A DNA stretch of 64,000 nucleotides from Myxococcota bacterium (GCA_039028615.1 JBCCHT010000006.1:192001-256000), one strand, 5' to 3'. Positions 39,018-49,066 are shown, numbered from the stretch's first letter. A program made the numbers and translations. The notes: generated from the letters alone by a model not told the origin.

Positions 39018-40649
39018 TCAGCCGGCGGGCGGCGGCGGTGGCTCGGCGATGACCGAGACCCCGCTGCCCCCGGGATAGCCGTAGCTCACGTCCTCGGAGT
39101 AGCCCACCGACACGATGCCGAACCCGACGTCCTCGGTCTCGGTGCGGATCACGTGCGAGCCGACGCCGACGGGGACGTGGGCGTATTCCCAGCCCGCGCC
39201 CTCGAGCAGCGGCCCCGGGTGCCAGGTGACACCACCGACGACCTGCTCGTCGAGCAGGATGGGCTCGCCCTGCGGGCGATACACGGTCACGTAGTTCGCC
39301 TCGTAGCCGGCCGGCACGAGGAACACATACCGGTCGCGGAACTGGGCCGCGGCCGGCAGGGCGATCATGGCCGGGTCTCCGGGCTGCCCTGCCGGCCCCG
39401 CGAGGAACACGTTGCTCAGCAGGAACTGCGTGAGCGAGATGGGCTTGTCCGGGTCGAGGCTCCGCACCGAAAAGGGCGTGCTCGACTCGAAGCGTAGGGT
39501 CTGCCCCGCGTCGATGGTCATCGGCGCGCCCGCGGGCGCAGCGGGGGAGTACTCGAGTAGGGTGCCGTCGTAGACCCCGGTGATCCGAAACGCGCTGCGA
39601 TCCCCCGTGCCTGCACCCGAAGGCGCCGCCGCGGGGGCGGCCAGGTACGCGGTGCCCCAGGCCACCATGGGGAGCATCTGGTGCTCGAGGTGGTCGGCGC
39701 AGCACTGGCCCGGCTGAGGCTCGAGCGCGGCCACGTTGCCCGAGAACACCGCCACCGGAGCATCGGCCGTGACTCGACTGCCCGACAGGTTGCCGTCGCC
39801 CACCTGCCCCGGCACGGAGCCCGAAGACAAGAAGGTCGCCACCTCGCCGCGATCGAGGGTCACCTGGGTCGAGCCGGGATACAGCGACGCCGTCGCGTAC
39901 AGATCGACGGTGGTGCCGTCCTCGGTCGCGACCACCGAGACGAAGGCCCCCGCGTTGCTCGTGCCCGCGTCGGTGGTCAGCATCAGGCTGTCGCCAGTCA
40001 CCGCCGTATAGGCCTCGCCGAGCACGTGGGAGGGAAAGAGCAGCGAGGCATCGTTCGAGAACACGGGCGTCGTGTTGTCCAGCGGCTGGAACTGGTACGC
40101 GGTGATCGGCACGTCGGCCTCGATGCGATAGGCCATGCCCACGCTGTTGCCCTGCGAAGGCACGCTGGCCGCGGGCAGCCGGAACTCGTGCACCCCTCCC
40201 ACCGAGACGGTGGCCGCATCCACGGGCTGGTCGCTCGCCCCCGCGAAGATGTGCACCTGCGCCTCCACGTCACCCGCCGTATTCGCGACCACGACCGCGA
40301 ATTGCTGGTCTTCGGGCGGAGGGTTGCCGTGGGTGCTGGCCCAGACGTTGGGCAGATCGACCGCCCAGAACTCGCAGCCCTGGTTCGATGCCGCCTCCGC
40401 GACTTCCTGGCAGGGATCTTCGTGGCCGTCGCCCGCGTTGCCCTCGGCGCCCGCCGTGCCGGCCACGTCGAGCTTGTCGCCCGTGTCGTCGCCATCGGGG
40501 CTCACCCCGCCCGTGCTGCCGTCGCCGCCGTCGGTGCCGAAACCGCCGAGGCCTCCGCCCGCGCTCGCCGCGGTCGTTCGCGTTCCGTCATTGCCCCCGC
40601 ACCCGGCCGCGATGATGCACGCGGCCAATCCCCTCGTGACTGCTCCCAT
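39018..40649 (-). CDS. Lipoprotein with IgGFc-binding-protein N-terminal-like domain
   Basis: Lipobox AAGC; NQGCEFWAVDL, YQFQPL, SNDASLL, DHLEHQM, GDPAM, SYGYPGG. Confidence 0.85.
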   Translation of the reverse strand: MGAVTRGLAACIIAAGCGGNDGTRTTAASAGGGLGGFGTDGGDGSTGGVSPDGDDTGDKLDVAGTAGAEGNAGDGHEDPCQEVAEAASNQGCEFWAVDLPNVWASTHGNPPPEDQQFAVVVANTAGDVEAQVHIFAGASDQPVDAATVSVGGVHEFRLPAASVPSQGNSVGMAYRIEADVPITAYQFQPLDNTTPVFSNDASLLFPSHVLGEAYTAVTGDSLMLTTDAGTSNAGAFVSVVATEDGTTVDLYATASLYPGSTQVTLDRGEVATFLSSGSVPGQVGDGNLSGSRVTADAPVAVFSGNVAALEPQPGQCCADHLEHQMLPMVAWGTAYLAAPAAAPSGAGTGDRSAFRITGVYDGTLLEYSPAAPAGAPMTIDAGQTLRFESSTPFSVRSLDPDKPISLTQFLLSNVFLAGPAGQPGDPAMIALPAAAQFRDRYVFLVPAGYEANYVTVYRPQGEPILLDEQVVGGVTWHPGPLLEGAGWEYAHVPVGVGSHVIRTETEDVGFGIVSVGYSEDVSYGYPGGSGVSVIAEPPPPPAG

Positions 40650-40657
40650 GTCTCCAG

Positions 40658-40685
40658 AGTCGGGAGCGGGAGCCGAGCGGTTCAC
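40658..40685 (-). promoter_or_regulatory. Putative ECF sigma promoter GTGAACCG-N13-CCCGACT
   Basis: Same boxes and spacing as 44344-44371; 8 nt before ATG 40649. Confidence 0.75.
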
Positions 40686-41320
40686 TCCGGTTGTTCGAAA
40701 TCTCGAACGGCCCGCGCCCAGCCCTCCAGATCGCGCAAGGTGGACTCGCGCAGCGCCTCCGAGGGGGTCACCAGGGCAATGGCTTCCCGGAGCTTGGTCC
40801 GCCCCCGCATGAGCCGCGTCTTGATCGTGCCCTGAGGTACATCGAGCACCGTGGCGATCTCGGCCGTGGACAGGTCCTCCCAGTAGTGCAGCTCCAGGGC
40901 GATCTGGAGGTCGAGCGGGAGCCGGCGCAGCGCGACCAGCAGGACCCGCTGCTCCTCCCCCCGCACCGCGACCACGCTCGGCGAGGCCTGAATCTCGTGC
41001 AGCGAAAGCTCGCCGCGCTCCAGAGCGCCCAGCGAGGCCTGGTCGGGCACTCGGGTGCGCAAGCGATCGAGCAGCTTGAAGCGAGCGATGCCCAGCAGGT
41101 AGGCCACGAAGCTGCCTTCGCCCCGAAATCCGCGGCCCGCCTCCGACTCGACGCAGGCCAAGAAGGTCTGCTGCACCAGGTCGTCGACCCCGTCGTCGAC
41201 CTTGCCCGCGAAGAACCGAAACACCGAGCGAAAGTGGCGCGTCACGAGCCGATTGCCCGCGTCCGCGTCCCCGGCCCGCCAGGCATCGAGCAGCGCGAGG
41301 TCTGTGGCGGGCTCGACCAA
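40682..41320 (-). CDS. ECF RNA polymerase sigma factor
   Basis: Region 2 (DDLVQQTFL, FVAYLLGIAR) and region 4 (LELHYWEDLSTAEIATVLDVPQGTIKTRL). Confidence 0.93.
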   Translation of the reverse strand: MVEPATDLALLDAWRAGDADAGNRLVTRHFRSVFRFFAGKVDDGVDDLVQQTFLACVESEAGRGFRGEGSFVAYLLGIARFKLLDRLRTRVPDQASLGALERGELSLHEIQASPSVVAVRGEEQRVLLVALRRLPLDLQIALELHYWEDLSTAEIATVLDVPQGTIKTRLMRGRTKLREAIALVTPSEALRESTLRDLEGWARAVRDFEQPE

Positions 41321-41379
41321 GGACCGCAGTGTAGTGCGCGACCCGGTCGGGGAGAAACCGGCGCGGGCCCGAGGCGCGT

Positions 41380-44298
41380 TCACGAGGGCACGACGTGGTC
41401 CTCGAGCCACTGCGCGACCGCATCCGCATGATGACGACGCAGCCGCGGCGTGCCGAGGTCGGCGGCCCCACGCTCGGCCAAGGCGCGGGCCTGCACTGGG
41501 TCTCGGGGCCACAGCGCGCGGGCCAGCGCCACGCGCAGCCGGGCGAGCTCACGACGATTGCCGCTGACCGCCTCCACCAACTCGATGGCCCGTCGCAGCC
41601 GCGCCACCGCTTGGTCGTGCTCCCCTCGCTGCGTCTCGATGACCGCGAGCCCCCACAAGGTCTCGACCATGGCCGGGTGCCGAGGCCCGTGCACCCGCTC
41701 CCACACCTCCAGCGCCCGCTCGAACCACGGGTAGGCTTCGTCGTCTCGGGACAGCTCGAGCAGCGAAAAGCCCAGGTTGGAGTAGCTGGGCGCGAAGTCC
41801 CCGTGCGAGGGGTCGAGCGTGGACTTGCGCAGCTCCAGCACCCGCAGGTGTTGCTCGAGCGCCTCCTCGTGCCGACCCAGCATGTCCAGCGCGGCCCCTA
41901 CGTTACCCAGCGCTCGCGCATAGTCGGGATGGGTCTCGCCCACCGTCTCGCGGTAGATCGGCAGCGACTGCTCGTGGGCCCGCAGCGCCCGCTCGAGCTG
42001 CCCCGAGGCCAGATACACGTTGGCGAGGTTCCCCCGCGTCGCGCCCACTTGATACGCCCGGGGCCCCAGCGTCTGCTCGAACCCGGCGAGTGCATCCTCG
42101 TAAAACGCGACGGCCTCGTCGAAGGCACCGACCTCGAACGCCTGGTTGCCGAGATTGGACTGGACCCGCCCCACGTCGGGATGCCCCGGTCCGAGCTTCG
42201 CTTCCAGGATGGTGCGGGCCTGCTCGAAATGCCCCCGCGCGTCGTGGGCCCGCCCGGACAGCAGCGCCACCACCCCGAGGCCGTTGTGGCAGTCGGCGCT
42301 CGGAAGCGACTGCGGCCCGAGCTGCGCGTCGAACACGGCCAACGCCTCGCGATAGTCGGCCGCCGACTCCGGGTAGCGACTCGCTGCTTGCCGTAGCTGA
42401 GCCGTCGCGAACGACAGCCGAGCCCCCAGTAGCGGCCGCTCACCGAACCCCGAGATCTTGGCCCGGGCCAGGCGGCCCAAGTGCTCGGCCCGCTCGGTTC
42501 GCGCCAGGTGCAGCCCCGTCGTCGTCACCAGCCCCAACACTGCCTCCACCGCCAGGGCGGAGTCTCCCGTGCGCTCCGCCTCGACCCAGGCTTGCTCGTA
42601 CGCCCGCTGGGCTTCGGCATGGTCGTCACGCGCTCCGCTGACCCGCGCCAAGGTCAGTCGGGCATGGGCCCGCGTGGACGCATGGTCGAGCGACGAGGCC
42701 GCGTCCACGGCCTCTCGCGCCTTCGCTCCTGCCTCCGCCAGCCGCCCCGCCTGCTGCAGCGCCTGCGCCCGCAGTCGCACCCGCTGGACCTCCGTGACCT
42801 GGTCGCGCTCGTGGGCCGGCACGGGCAGCGCCGACGCCAGGCTCTCGTCGTCTTCACAGGAGGACAGCGGCGTCAGGGCGGAGACCGAACGCACCGCTCG
42901 GGCCACCGCCGCATCGTCGGCCTCGGCCAAGACCTCGGTCAGCGCCTCGGTCTCGCGGCGGGCCAGCTCCAGGCACTCGATACGACGATTGGCGACCGGG
43001 CTCCCCTGCGCTTGCTCGACCTTCATGCGACAGGCCTCGGCCCGCTGCTCGGTCCACCGCTGCGCCCGGGCATCGAGGCCCTGCTTCACCAACGCCCAAG
43101 TCGACGCCCCCAGCGGCCCGCGTTCCACTCCCTGCTGCACGCGCTCGCGGGTCTGGGAGCCCCAGGCGTCGTCCAGATGGGCCTCGAACGAGCCGAGTTC
43201 ACACGCCTGCTCGACCGCGGAGGCCCCCGACTCTCGCCCCGACAACAGCCCCGCCACGCTCGCGCCCGTGAGCACGGCCGTGAGCGCGAGGGCCCAGCGA
43301 CGCCGCGTGGGTACGGCCAGCGCCCGCAGCAGCGCCTCCATCGAGGGGAATCGTTCCGCCGGATCCGCGGCCAAGCCCCGCCGCAGCGCTCGACCGATGG
43401 AGCGGGGCACGGCGCTGTCTTTGGTGGGCGTCGCGAAGCGGCCGGCTTCTTTGGCCGCCTGCATCTGCCCGATGTTCTCCCCGCGAAACGGCACCGTGCC
43501 GTGCAAGCACTGGTAGAGCGCCACACAGAAGCTGAACTGGTCCGCCCGCGCGTCGACCGGCTCGCCGCGGTACTGCTCGGGCGCCATATACGAAGGCGTG
43601 CCCGCCACCGAGGTCGTCTGATCGAAGTCGGTCTTGCGCCCCGCCGTGGCCGGTGAGGGGGCACCCTTGGAGTGACTGCGGCGGGCCAGGCCGAAGTCCA
43701 GCACCCGCACCCGCCCATCGGCGCCCACCATCACGTTGCCCGGCTTGAAGTCGCGGTGCACCAGCTGGCGGGCGTGCGCCGCGACCAGCCCGCGGCCGGC
43801 CTGGAGGAAGACCTCGACCACCGCCCGCCACGATCGCGGCGTCTCGATCCACTCCGACAAGCGCTGGCCGTCGACCAGCTCCATCACCAAGTACACGCCG
43901 CGGCGCAGGGCGTCGGAGCCCGCGCGAGGGTCGGTCGGCTCCGCCGAGGGTTCCTCGCCCCAGTCGTAGGTACCCACGTCGTGGATCGCCACCACGTTGG
44001 GATGCGACAGCTGAGCGATGGCCTTGGCCTCGCGCAGAATCTCCTCGGAGCCGCTCTTCGAGCCCTCGCCCAGGCCACCGCCGTGCAGCAGCTTCACCGC
44101 GACCTTGCGATCGAGGCTCGGGTCGAACGCGTGATAGACGACACCGGCCCCGCCCGCGCCGATCCGCGACAGCAGCAGGTAGCGATCGAGGTGCATCGCC
44201 GGCCGCGGTCGACCGAAGAGCCGTGATTGCAGCTCGGCCAGCCCCTCTCGTTCCCGCGGGGTCAGCCGCCGGGTGCCGTCGTCACCAGGATGGTTCAA
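41380..44298 (-). CDS. Membrane Ser/Thr kinase with C-terminal TPR repeats
   Basis: IGAGGAGVVY, VAVK, HRDFKPGN, DFGLA, YMAPEQ; TM; kinesin-light-chain-like TPRs (LGPGHPDV); TTG start with GGAG. Confidence 0.93.
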   Translation of the reverse strand: MNHPGDDGTRRLTPREREGLAELQSRLFGRPRPAMHLDRYLLLSRIGAGGAGVVYHAFDPSLDRKVAVKLLHGGGLGEGSKSGSEEILREAKAIAQLSHPNVVAIHDVGTYDWGEEPSAEPTDPRAGSDALRRGVYLVMELVDGQRLSEWIETPRSWRAVVEVFLQAGRGLVAAHARQLVHRDFKPGNVMVGADGRVRVLDFGLARRSHSKGAPSPATAGRKTDFDQTTSVAGTPSYMAPEQYRGEPVDARADQFSFCVALYQCLHGTVPFRGENIGQMQAAKEAGRFATPTKDSAVPRSIGRALRRGLAADPAERFPSMEALLRALAVPTRRRWALALTAVLTGASVAGLLSGRESGASAVEQACELGSFEAHLDDAWGSQTRERVQQGVERGPLGASTWALVKQGLDARAQRWTEQRAEACRMKVEQAQGSPVANRRIECLELARRETEALTEVLAEADDAAVARAVRSVSALTPLSSCEDDESLASALPVPAHERDQVTEVQRVRLRAQALQQAGRLAEAGAKAREAVDAASSLDHASTRAHARLTLARVSGARDDHAEAQRAYEQAWVEAERTGDSALAVEAVLGLVTTTGLHLARTERAEHLGRLARAKISGFGERPLLGARLSFATAQLRQAASRYPESAADYREALAVFDAQLGPQSLPSADCHNGLGVVALLSGRAHDARGHFEQARTILEAKLGPGHPDVGRVQSNLGNQAFEVGAFDEAVAFYEDALAGFEQTLGPRAYQVGATRGNLANVYLASGQLERALRAHEQSLPIYRETVGETHPDYARALGNVGAALDMLGRHEEALEQHLRVLELRKSTLDPSHGDFAPSYSNLGFSLLELSRDDEAYPWFERALEVWERVHGPRHPAMVETLWGLAVIETQRGEHDQAVARLRRAIELVEAVSGNRRELARLRVALARALWPRDPVQARALAERGAADLGTPRLRRHHADAVAQWLEDHVVPS

Positions 44299-44343
44299 AC
44301 CTGCTCCGCCCCAATTCAGCCTGTCACGTTTTTTTCGCCTCGT

Positions 44344-44371
44344 GTGAACCGATCGCCGCCGGGCCCCGACT
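44344..44371 (+). promoter_or_regulatory. Putative ECF sigma promoter GTGAACCG-N13-CCCGACT
   Basis: Same boxes and spacing as 40658-40685; 8 nt before ATG 44380. Confidence 0.75.
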
Positions 44372-44379
44372 TGTTCGGT

Positions 44380-46020
44380 ATGGACCCCTCCGTCCTGCGA
44401 TTGTTGGTCGCGCTGCCCTTGGCGTGGTTGATGGCCTGCACCATGCCCCCGCCCGAAGGGCACAACCCCTTCGACGACGTGCCCACGCCTGCCGCGGACG
44501 ACGATGCATCGGCGGACACGGACGGCACCGCTGACGGCTCGACGGATGAATCGACCGGGGATGCCCCCACCGATCCGCCCCCGGCCGGGCTCGCCGCGGG
44601 CATCACCGTCACCCGGGTTACCGCCAACCAGGGCGTGCAGGTCGACATCGGCCGCGACGGGTTCGGCGTGGGCCCGGCCGAGCGCCAGGCCCCGCTCGTC
44701 GCGGGCCGTCGCACGCTCGTCCGCGCGTTCTGGACCCTCGACGACGATTTCGAAGCGCGAGAGATCCGAGCCCGGCTCACCCTGCGCTCCCCCGCCGAAG
44801 AGCACTCGCTGACCTACACGCAGACGATCGACCGAGACGCCGAAGACCACCCCGAGGGGCCCTACTTCTGGTGGATCCTCGAGCCGGACGACGTGGTGCC
44901 CGGCCTCGAGTACTCCGTGGAACTCAGCGACGCCGAGCCCTCCGAGGCCCCGGTCGATACCGACACGAGCGCGGCTCGACTCCCCGTGTCCGGCGTGACC
45001 GCCTTCGGCGTGGAGGCCAGTCCGACCCAGCTGCGCGTCGTGGTCGTGCCCATCGTGCACCAGCTCGGAGGCTGCGCTCAGGTCCCGCCCATCGGCCCGT
45101 CCGAGGCCGAGATCTTCAGCCGCACTCTCGATCAACTCAACCCCGTCGCGCAGCTCGACCTCCAGGTCCGCGACGCGGTGCTCTACGAGGCCAGCCTGGG
45201 CGGCGCCTCGGACTTCTCCGACCTACTCACGGGCCTCAGTCAGCTCCGCAGCCAAGACGGCGCCGCGCCCAACGTCTACTACTACGGCATCGTCGCGTCG
45301 TGCGATGGCCTGCCCGGCGGCGGCATCGTGGGCCAAGCCTTCAACACCATCCCGTCGCCGCTGCCCGAGCTCGGCTACCAACGCGTGGCCGTGGGCTGGT
45401 GGGGCGGCAACGCGGCCACCACCGTCATCACCATGATCCACGAGCTGGGACACACCCAGGGTCTGCGGCACGTCGCGTGCGCGGGCACCGAGGGCGCCCC
45501 CGATCCCAGCTATCCCTGGCCGGGCGGCATCACCAACACCTGGGGCTTCGGCATTCACGACGAGTCGCTGCACGCTCCCGGCACCTCGCGCGACTACATG
45601 ACCTACTGCGCCGGCTACTGGGTGTCCGGGTTCACGTGGCGCAAGACCTTCGACGTCATCCGCACGCTCAGCGGTTGGGACGGGCAGGCCCCCGACCCGG
45701 GCTCGTCCCCCGGCATGGTCGTCCACGCCGCCATCTACGGCGACGGGCGCTCCGACTGGTGGACGACGAGCGGAGACCTCGGAGCCGCGGTCGTCGACCC
45801 GAGCCTCCGACTCCGGGCTCGGGTCGACGGCCGAGACCACGACGTGCCCGTGTTGATCTCGCAGCGCCCGCACGGGCACACCATCGACATCGCGGCCGCG
45901 CTGCCCCGGGGCACCACGCTCGATGCCCTGGCGCTGCACGGTCTCGATGAAGTGATACGCCCCGTCGATTCCGCGGCCGTGCGTCGCCTCGATGGCGCCG
46001 CGGACGAGCTCAGCCCGTAG
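44380..46020 (+). CDS. Lipoprotein zinc metallopeptidase (metzincin, M66-like)
   Basis: Lipobox LMAC; HELGHTQGLRH; Met-turn DYMTYC. Confidence 0.85.
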   Translation: MDPSVLRLLVALPLAWLMACTMPPPEGHNPFDDVPTPAADDDASADTDGTADGSTDESTGDAPTDPPPAGLAAGITVTRVTANQGVQVDIGRDGFGVGPAERQAPLVAGRRTLVRAFWTLDDDFEAREIRARLTLRSPAEEHSLTYTQTIDRDAEDHPEGPYFWWILEPDDVVPGLEYSVELSDAEPSEAPVDTDTSAARLPVSGVTAFGVEASPTQLRVVVVPIVHQLGGCAQVPPIGPSEAEIFSRTLDQLNPVAQLDLQVRDAVLYEASLGGASDFSDLLTGLSQLRSQDGAAPNVYYYGIVASCDGLPGGGIVGQAFNTIPSPLPELGYQRVAVGWWGGNAATTVITMIHELGHTQGLRHVACAGTEGAPDPSYPWPGGITNTWGFGIHDESLHAPGTSRDYMTYCAGYWVSGFTWRKTFDVIRTLSGWDGQAPDPGSSPGMVVHAAIYGDGRSDWWTTSGDLGAAVVDPSLRLRARVDGRDHDVPVLISQRPHGHTIDIAAALPRGTTLDALALHGLDEVIRPVDSAAVRRLDGAADELSP

Positions 46021-46930
46021 CGACCCGCTGCGGTCGTTTGTTGTGCGCCCCTCCGGCCGCGGCCGCGGGCGAGAACAGCCGCCCGAGAAAATCGACGACG
46101 GCCCGGATCCGTGCCGCCCCGACCAGGTCTCGATGCACCGCCTGCCACACCACGCGAGGTTCGGGGCAGCCCTCGAGCGGGGTGCGGATGAGCCCCGCGT
46201 CCCGCTCGGCGACGTAGCAGGGCAGCAGCGCAATGCCCAGCCCGCCCAGCGCCGCCGACATCACCGACGACACGCTGTCCGAGCGGAGCACGACTTGTCC
46301 GTCGCCCACGTGCTCTTGCAGCCACGAGTTCTCGCGACGGAAGGGCCGGGTGTCGGCGAACAAGATGAAGCGATGCCCCGCGAGCTGCCCGGGCGTCGGC
46401 ATGCCCTTCTCGGCGACGTAGGCCTCCGACGCGTACAGGCCCAGCTCGATCGACAGCAGCTTCTTGACCACGATGTCCTCTTGCCGCGGCCGAGACAGGC
46501 GCAAGGCGATGTCCGCCTCGCGGCGCCCGAGGTCGACCTCTTGGTTGGTGCACCACAGCTCGAGCTGGATGCCGGGATAGTCCTCGTGGAAGCGGGCGAG
46601 GTACGGGGTGATGACCCGGGTCGCGGTCATCTCGGTGCAGGTCAGGCGCACGCGCCCTTCGAGCTTCTGGTCTTCTCCGGCCAGGTCGAGGCCGAGCGCC
46701 AGCGCCTCGCGCTCGATGCCCTCGGCGCGCGGCAGCAAGCGGTGCCCGGCCGCGGTGAGCGCGTAGCCCCGTGGCGTGCGATCGAACAGCCGCGCGCCCA
46801 GCTGCCGCTCGAGGTTGCCGAGGCGCCGCCCCACCGTGGTCGCATCCAGGGACAGCGCTGTTCCCGCGCGCGCCAGGTTGCCTTCGCGAGACACCGCCAA
46901 GAAGAAGCGCACGTCGTCCCAGTTGAACAC
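46010..46930 (-). CDS. LysR-family transcriptional regulator
   Basis: NWDDVRFFLAV...TVGRRLGNLERQLGARLFDR HTH; EADIALR. Confidence 0.95.
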   Translation of the reverse strand: MFNWDDVRFFLAVSREGNLARAGTALSLDATTVGRRLGNLERQLGARLFDRTPRGYALTAAGHRLLPRAEGIEREALALGLDLAGEDQKLEGRVRLTCTEMTATRVITPYLARFHEDYPGIQLELWCTNQEVDLGRREADIALRLSRPRQEDIVVKKLLSIELGLYASEAYVAEKGMPTPGQLAGHRFILFADTRPFRRENSWLQEHVGDGQVVLRSDSVSSVMSAALGGLGIALLPCYVAERDAGLIRTPLEGCPEPRVVWQAVHRDLVGAARIRAVVDFLGRLFSPAAAAGGAHNKRPQRVATG

Positions 46931-46931
46931 C

Positions 46932-46947
46932 CCTGCATTCTTGCAGG
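46932..46947. promoter_or_regulatory. Putative LysR operator CCTGCA-N4-TGCAGG
   Basis: Perfect inverted repeat abutting the LysR start in the divergent region; related TGCA...TGCA at ~46975-46991. Confidence 0.55.
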
Positions 46948-47036
46948 CTATGGCGGCATCGCAACCGGTGATTATGCAGGCGCGTTCTGCACGCTTGGGG
47001 GCGGCCTCACGTCTTCGGACGTCTCAGGCTGAAGTC

Positions 47037-47969
47037 ATGGCGCTCCACAACGATATCGAGATCCCCACCGGCGACCTGAGGACCCTCGGAGCGCGCCTGT
47101 ACGAACCCGGTCGCGAAGCGGTCGCGCAGGTCGTGATCCACGGCGCCACCGCGGTGCCCCAGCGCTTCTACGACGCCTTCGCGCTGCACCTCGCGCAGCA
47201 GGGCTTCCGCGTGCTGACCTACGACTACCGTGGCATCGGACAGTCTCGCGTCGAGCCGATCGCCGAGGACCCGGTCACCATGGAGGGCTGGATCGAAGAC
47301 GCCGAGGCCGCGCAGCGCTGGTTGGTCGGCCGAGCCCCCTCCCTGCCGCTGCTCACCGTCGGCCACAGCTTCGGGGGCCAGGTCGCCGCTTCCATCGATG
47401 CTGGCCGCCGCCCCGACGGACTCATCTTGGTCGGAGCCCAGAGCGGCTGGTGGCGCGCCTTCCCTCCGACCTCACTCGCGCGCATGTGGCTGACCTGGTC
47501 CGTGCTGCTGCCGGTCGTGACCCGCTCCTTCGGCTACGTGCCGGGGTGGACCGGCCTCGGCGAGGACCTGCCCGCGGGCGTCGCCCAGCAGTGGGGCCGC
47601 TGGTGTCGCTCCCCCAACTACTTCCTGTCCGAGCTGCCGCACCTGCGCACACGCCTGGCCGCCTACGACGGCCGCATCCTCGCGCTGAGCTTCACCGACG
47701 ACGAGCTCGCGCCTGCGGCCAACGTGCACTGGCTGCTCGATCGCCTCGGCGGAGCACACATCGACCACCTGCACCTCAGCCCCGAGCAGCTCGGCCTGCC
47801 CCGCGTCGGCCACTTCGGCTTCTTCCGCACCCGCTCGGCGCCGACGCTGTGGACCCGCGCCGCCAGCTTCTTGCTCGAGACCGCACAAAAAGCGGGGGAA
47901 CGCGGCCCTCGGCCACTTTCCCCCGCCCTCGAGGAGATCCTGGTGGATCTCCACTACGGTCGCGACTGA
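47037..47969 (+). CDS. Alpha/beta-fold hydrolase
   Basis: YDYRGIGQS, GHSFGG nucleophile elbow, FTDD, GHFGFF; divergent from LysR. Confidence 0.9.
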   Translation: MALHNDIEIPTGDLRTLGARLYEPGREAVAQVVIHGATAVPQRFYDAFALHLAQQGFRVLTYDYRGIGQSRVEPIAEDPVTMEGWIEDAEAAQRWLVGRAPSLPLLTVGHSFGGQVAASIDAGRRPDGLILVGAQSGWWRAFPPTSLARMWLTWSVLLPVVTRSFGYVPGWTGLGEDLPAGVAQQWGRWCRSPNYFLSELPHLRTRLAAYDGRILALSFTDDELAPAANVHWLLDRLGGAHIDHLHLSPEQLGLPRVGHFGFFRTRSAPTLWTRAASFLLETAQKAGERGPRPLSPALEEILVDLHYGRD

Positions 47970-47972
47970 GGG

Positions 47973-48845
47973 CTACTCGCCCGCGTCGGCCTCGCCCGTG
48001 CTGCTGCCCCCGTCGGTGCCGGAGGACGATTCACCCCCCGTGGTGCCTCCGGTGTCGCCGGTCGAGTCGCCCGCGGTCTCGTCCTGACCCACGGTCTCCG
48101 AGCCGCTGTCCCCGGTGTCCATGGTCTCCGAGCACGACACCAAGCTGACCTCGTCGACGAAGAAGCTGGTGAGCCCCGTGCCCGCGTGGTCGGAGGCGAA
48201 GGACAGCTCGTAGGTCCCGCCGTCGGCCCACGGCGTGACGTCGATGTCGACCTGCGTGTAGTCGCTGTACTCGGGCATGTCCATGTCGGTGACCATGAAC
48301 AGCGCGTCGCCGTCGAGGCTCACCGTGAACATGTCGTCGCCCGTGCCCGCGCCGCTGCGGATCTGGAACCAGAACGAGAGGAACGCGGTGTCGGGCTCGA
48401 TGGTGACTCGCTGCGTCACGCTGGCCATCTCGGGCTCGTCCTCGACGCCACCCAGCCAGACCCAGTGCTCACCCATGTAGGGCTCGGCGCCCTCTTCATC
48501 GGTGCAGGTCGAGTCGCAGATGGGCGTGCCGAACACGTCGGACACCTCGTCCCAGTCGTTGTTGGGTGTGCCCGCCTCGAAGCCCGGGTCGATGATGATG
48601 TTGTCGCCGCAATCCCCCACCGGGCCGCCGGTCGTGGGATCGGTGTCGTCGTCGTTACCGTCGGTGTCGGGATCGCCACCGGTCGTCCCCGGCGTCTGCT
48701 CACCGGTGGCCGGCGGCGTGCCGTCGTCGGTCGCCTCGAGCGAGCCGTCGTCGTCGTCGGTGGTGTTGATGATGCAGGCGGTCGACAGCAGGCAGAGCCC
48801 GACGGCGCCGACCAGAGGACGAAAGGAAAGTTTGGATATGGTCAT
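47973..48845 (-). CDS. Acidic lipoprotein with beta-sandwich-like domain
   Basis: Lipobox STAC; IDPGFEAG...FFVDEVSL pattern; T/G/D-rich linkers. Confidence 0.78.
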   Translation of the reverse strand: MTISKLSFRPLVGAVGLCLLSTACIINTTDDDDGSLEATDDGTPPATGEQTPGTTGGDPDTDGNDDDTDPTTGGPVGDCGDNIIIDPGFEAGTPNNDWDEVSDVFGTPICDSTCTDEEGAEPYMGEHWVWLGGVEDEPEMASVTQRVTIEPDTAFLSFWFQIRSGAGTGDDMFTVSLDGDALFMVTDMDMPEYSDYTQVDIDVTPWADGGTYELSFASDHAGTGLTSFFVDEVSLVSCSETMDTGDSGSETVGQDETAGDSTGDTGGTTGGESSSGTDGGSSTGEADAGE

Positions 48846-49066
48846 CGAACTACGCCGTCTGTTTGGACGGTAAGGCTGGCTTCAGGATGCAAGGAAGCCT
48901 GAAATTCGCAACAAAAACCGGCGATTCGTAGGGGTTGTCGCCCACCGAGGGACCCCGCGGGGGGTCGATCCCCGTGGGGCGATTCCCCCGGTACGTACCG
49001 ATCACTCCAGGCTCGCGGTCGCGCGCTCCCACCTGGGCCTACCGCCCGACCGCGCGACGCGAACGC

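Noticed and set aside
39018..45135. Long N-terminal extensions on the IgGFc protein (to 41552) and the kinase (to 45135)
   Set aside because: They overlap the ECF and peptidase genes; lipobox, promoter and SD support starts at 40649 and 44298
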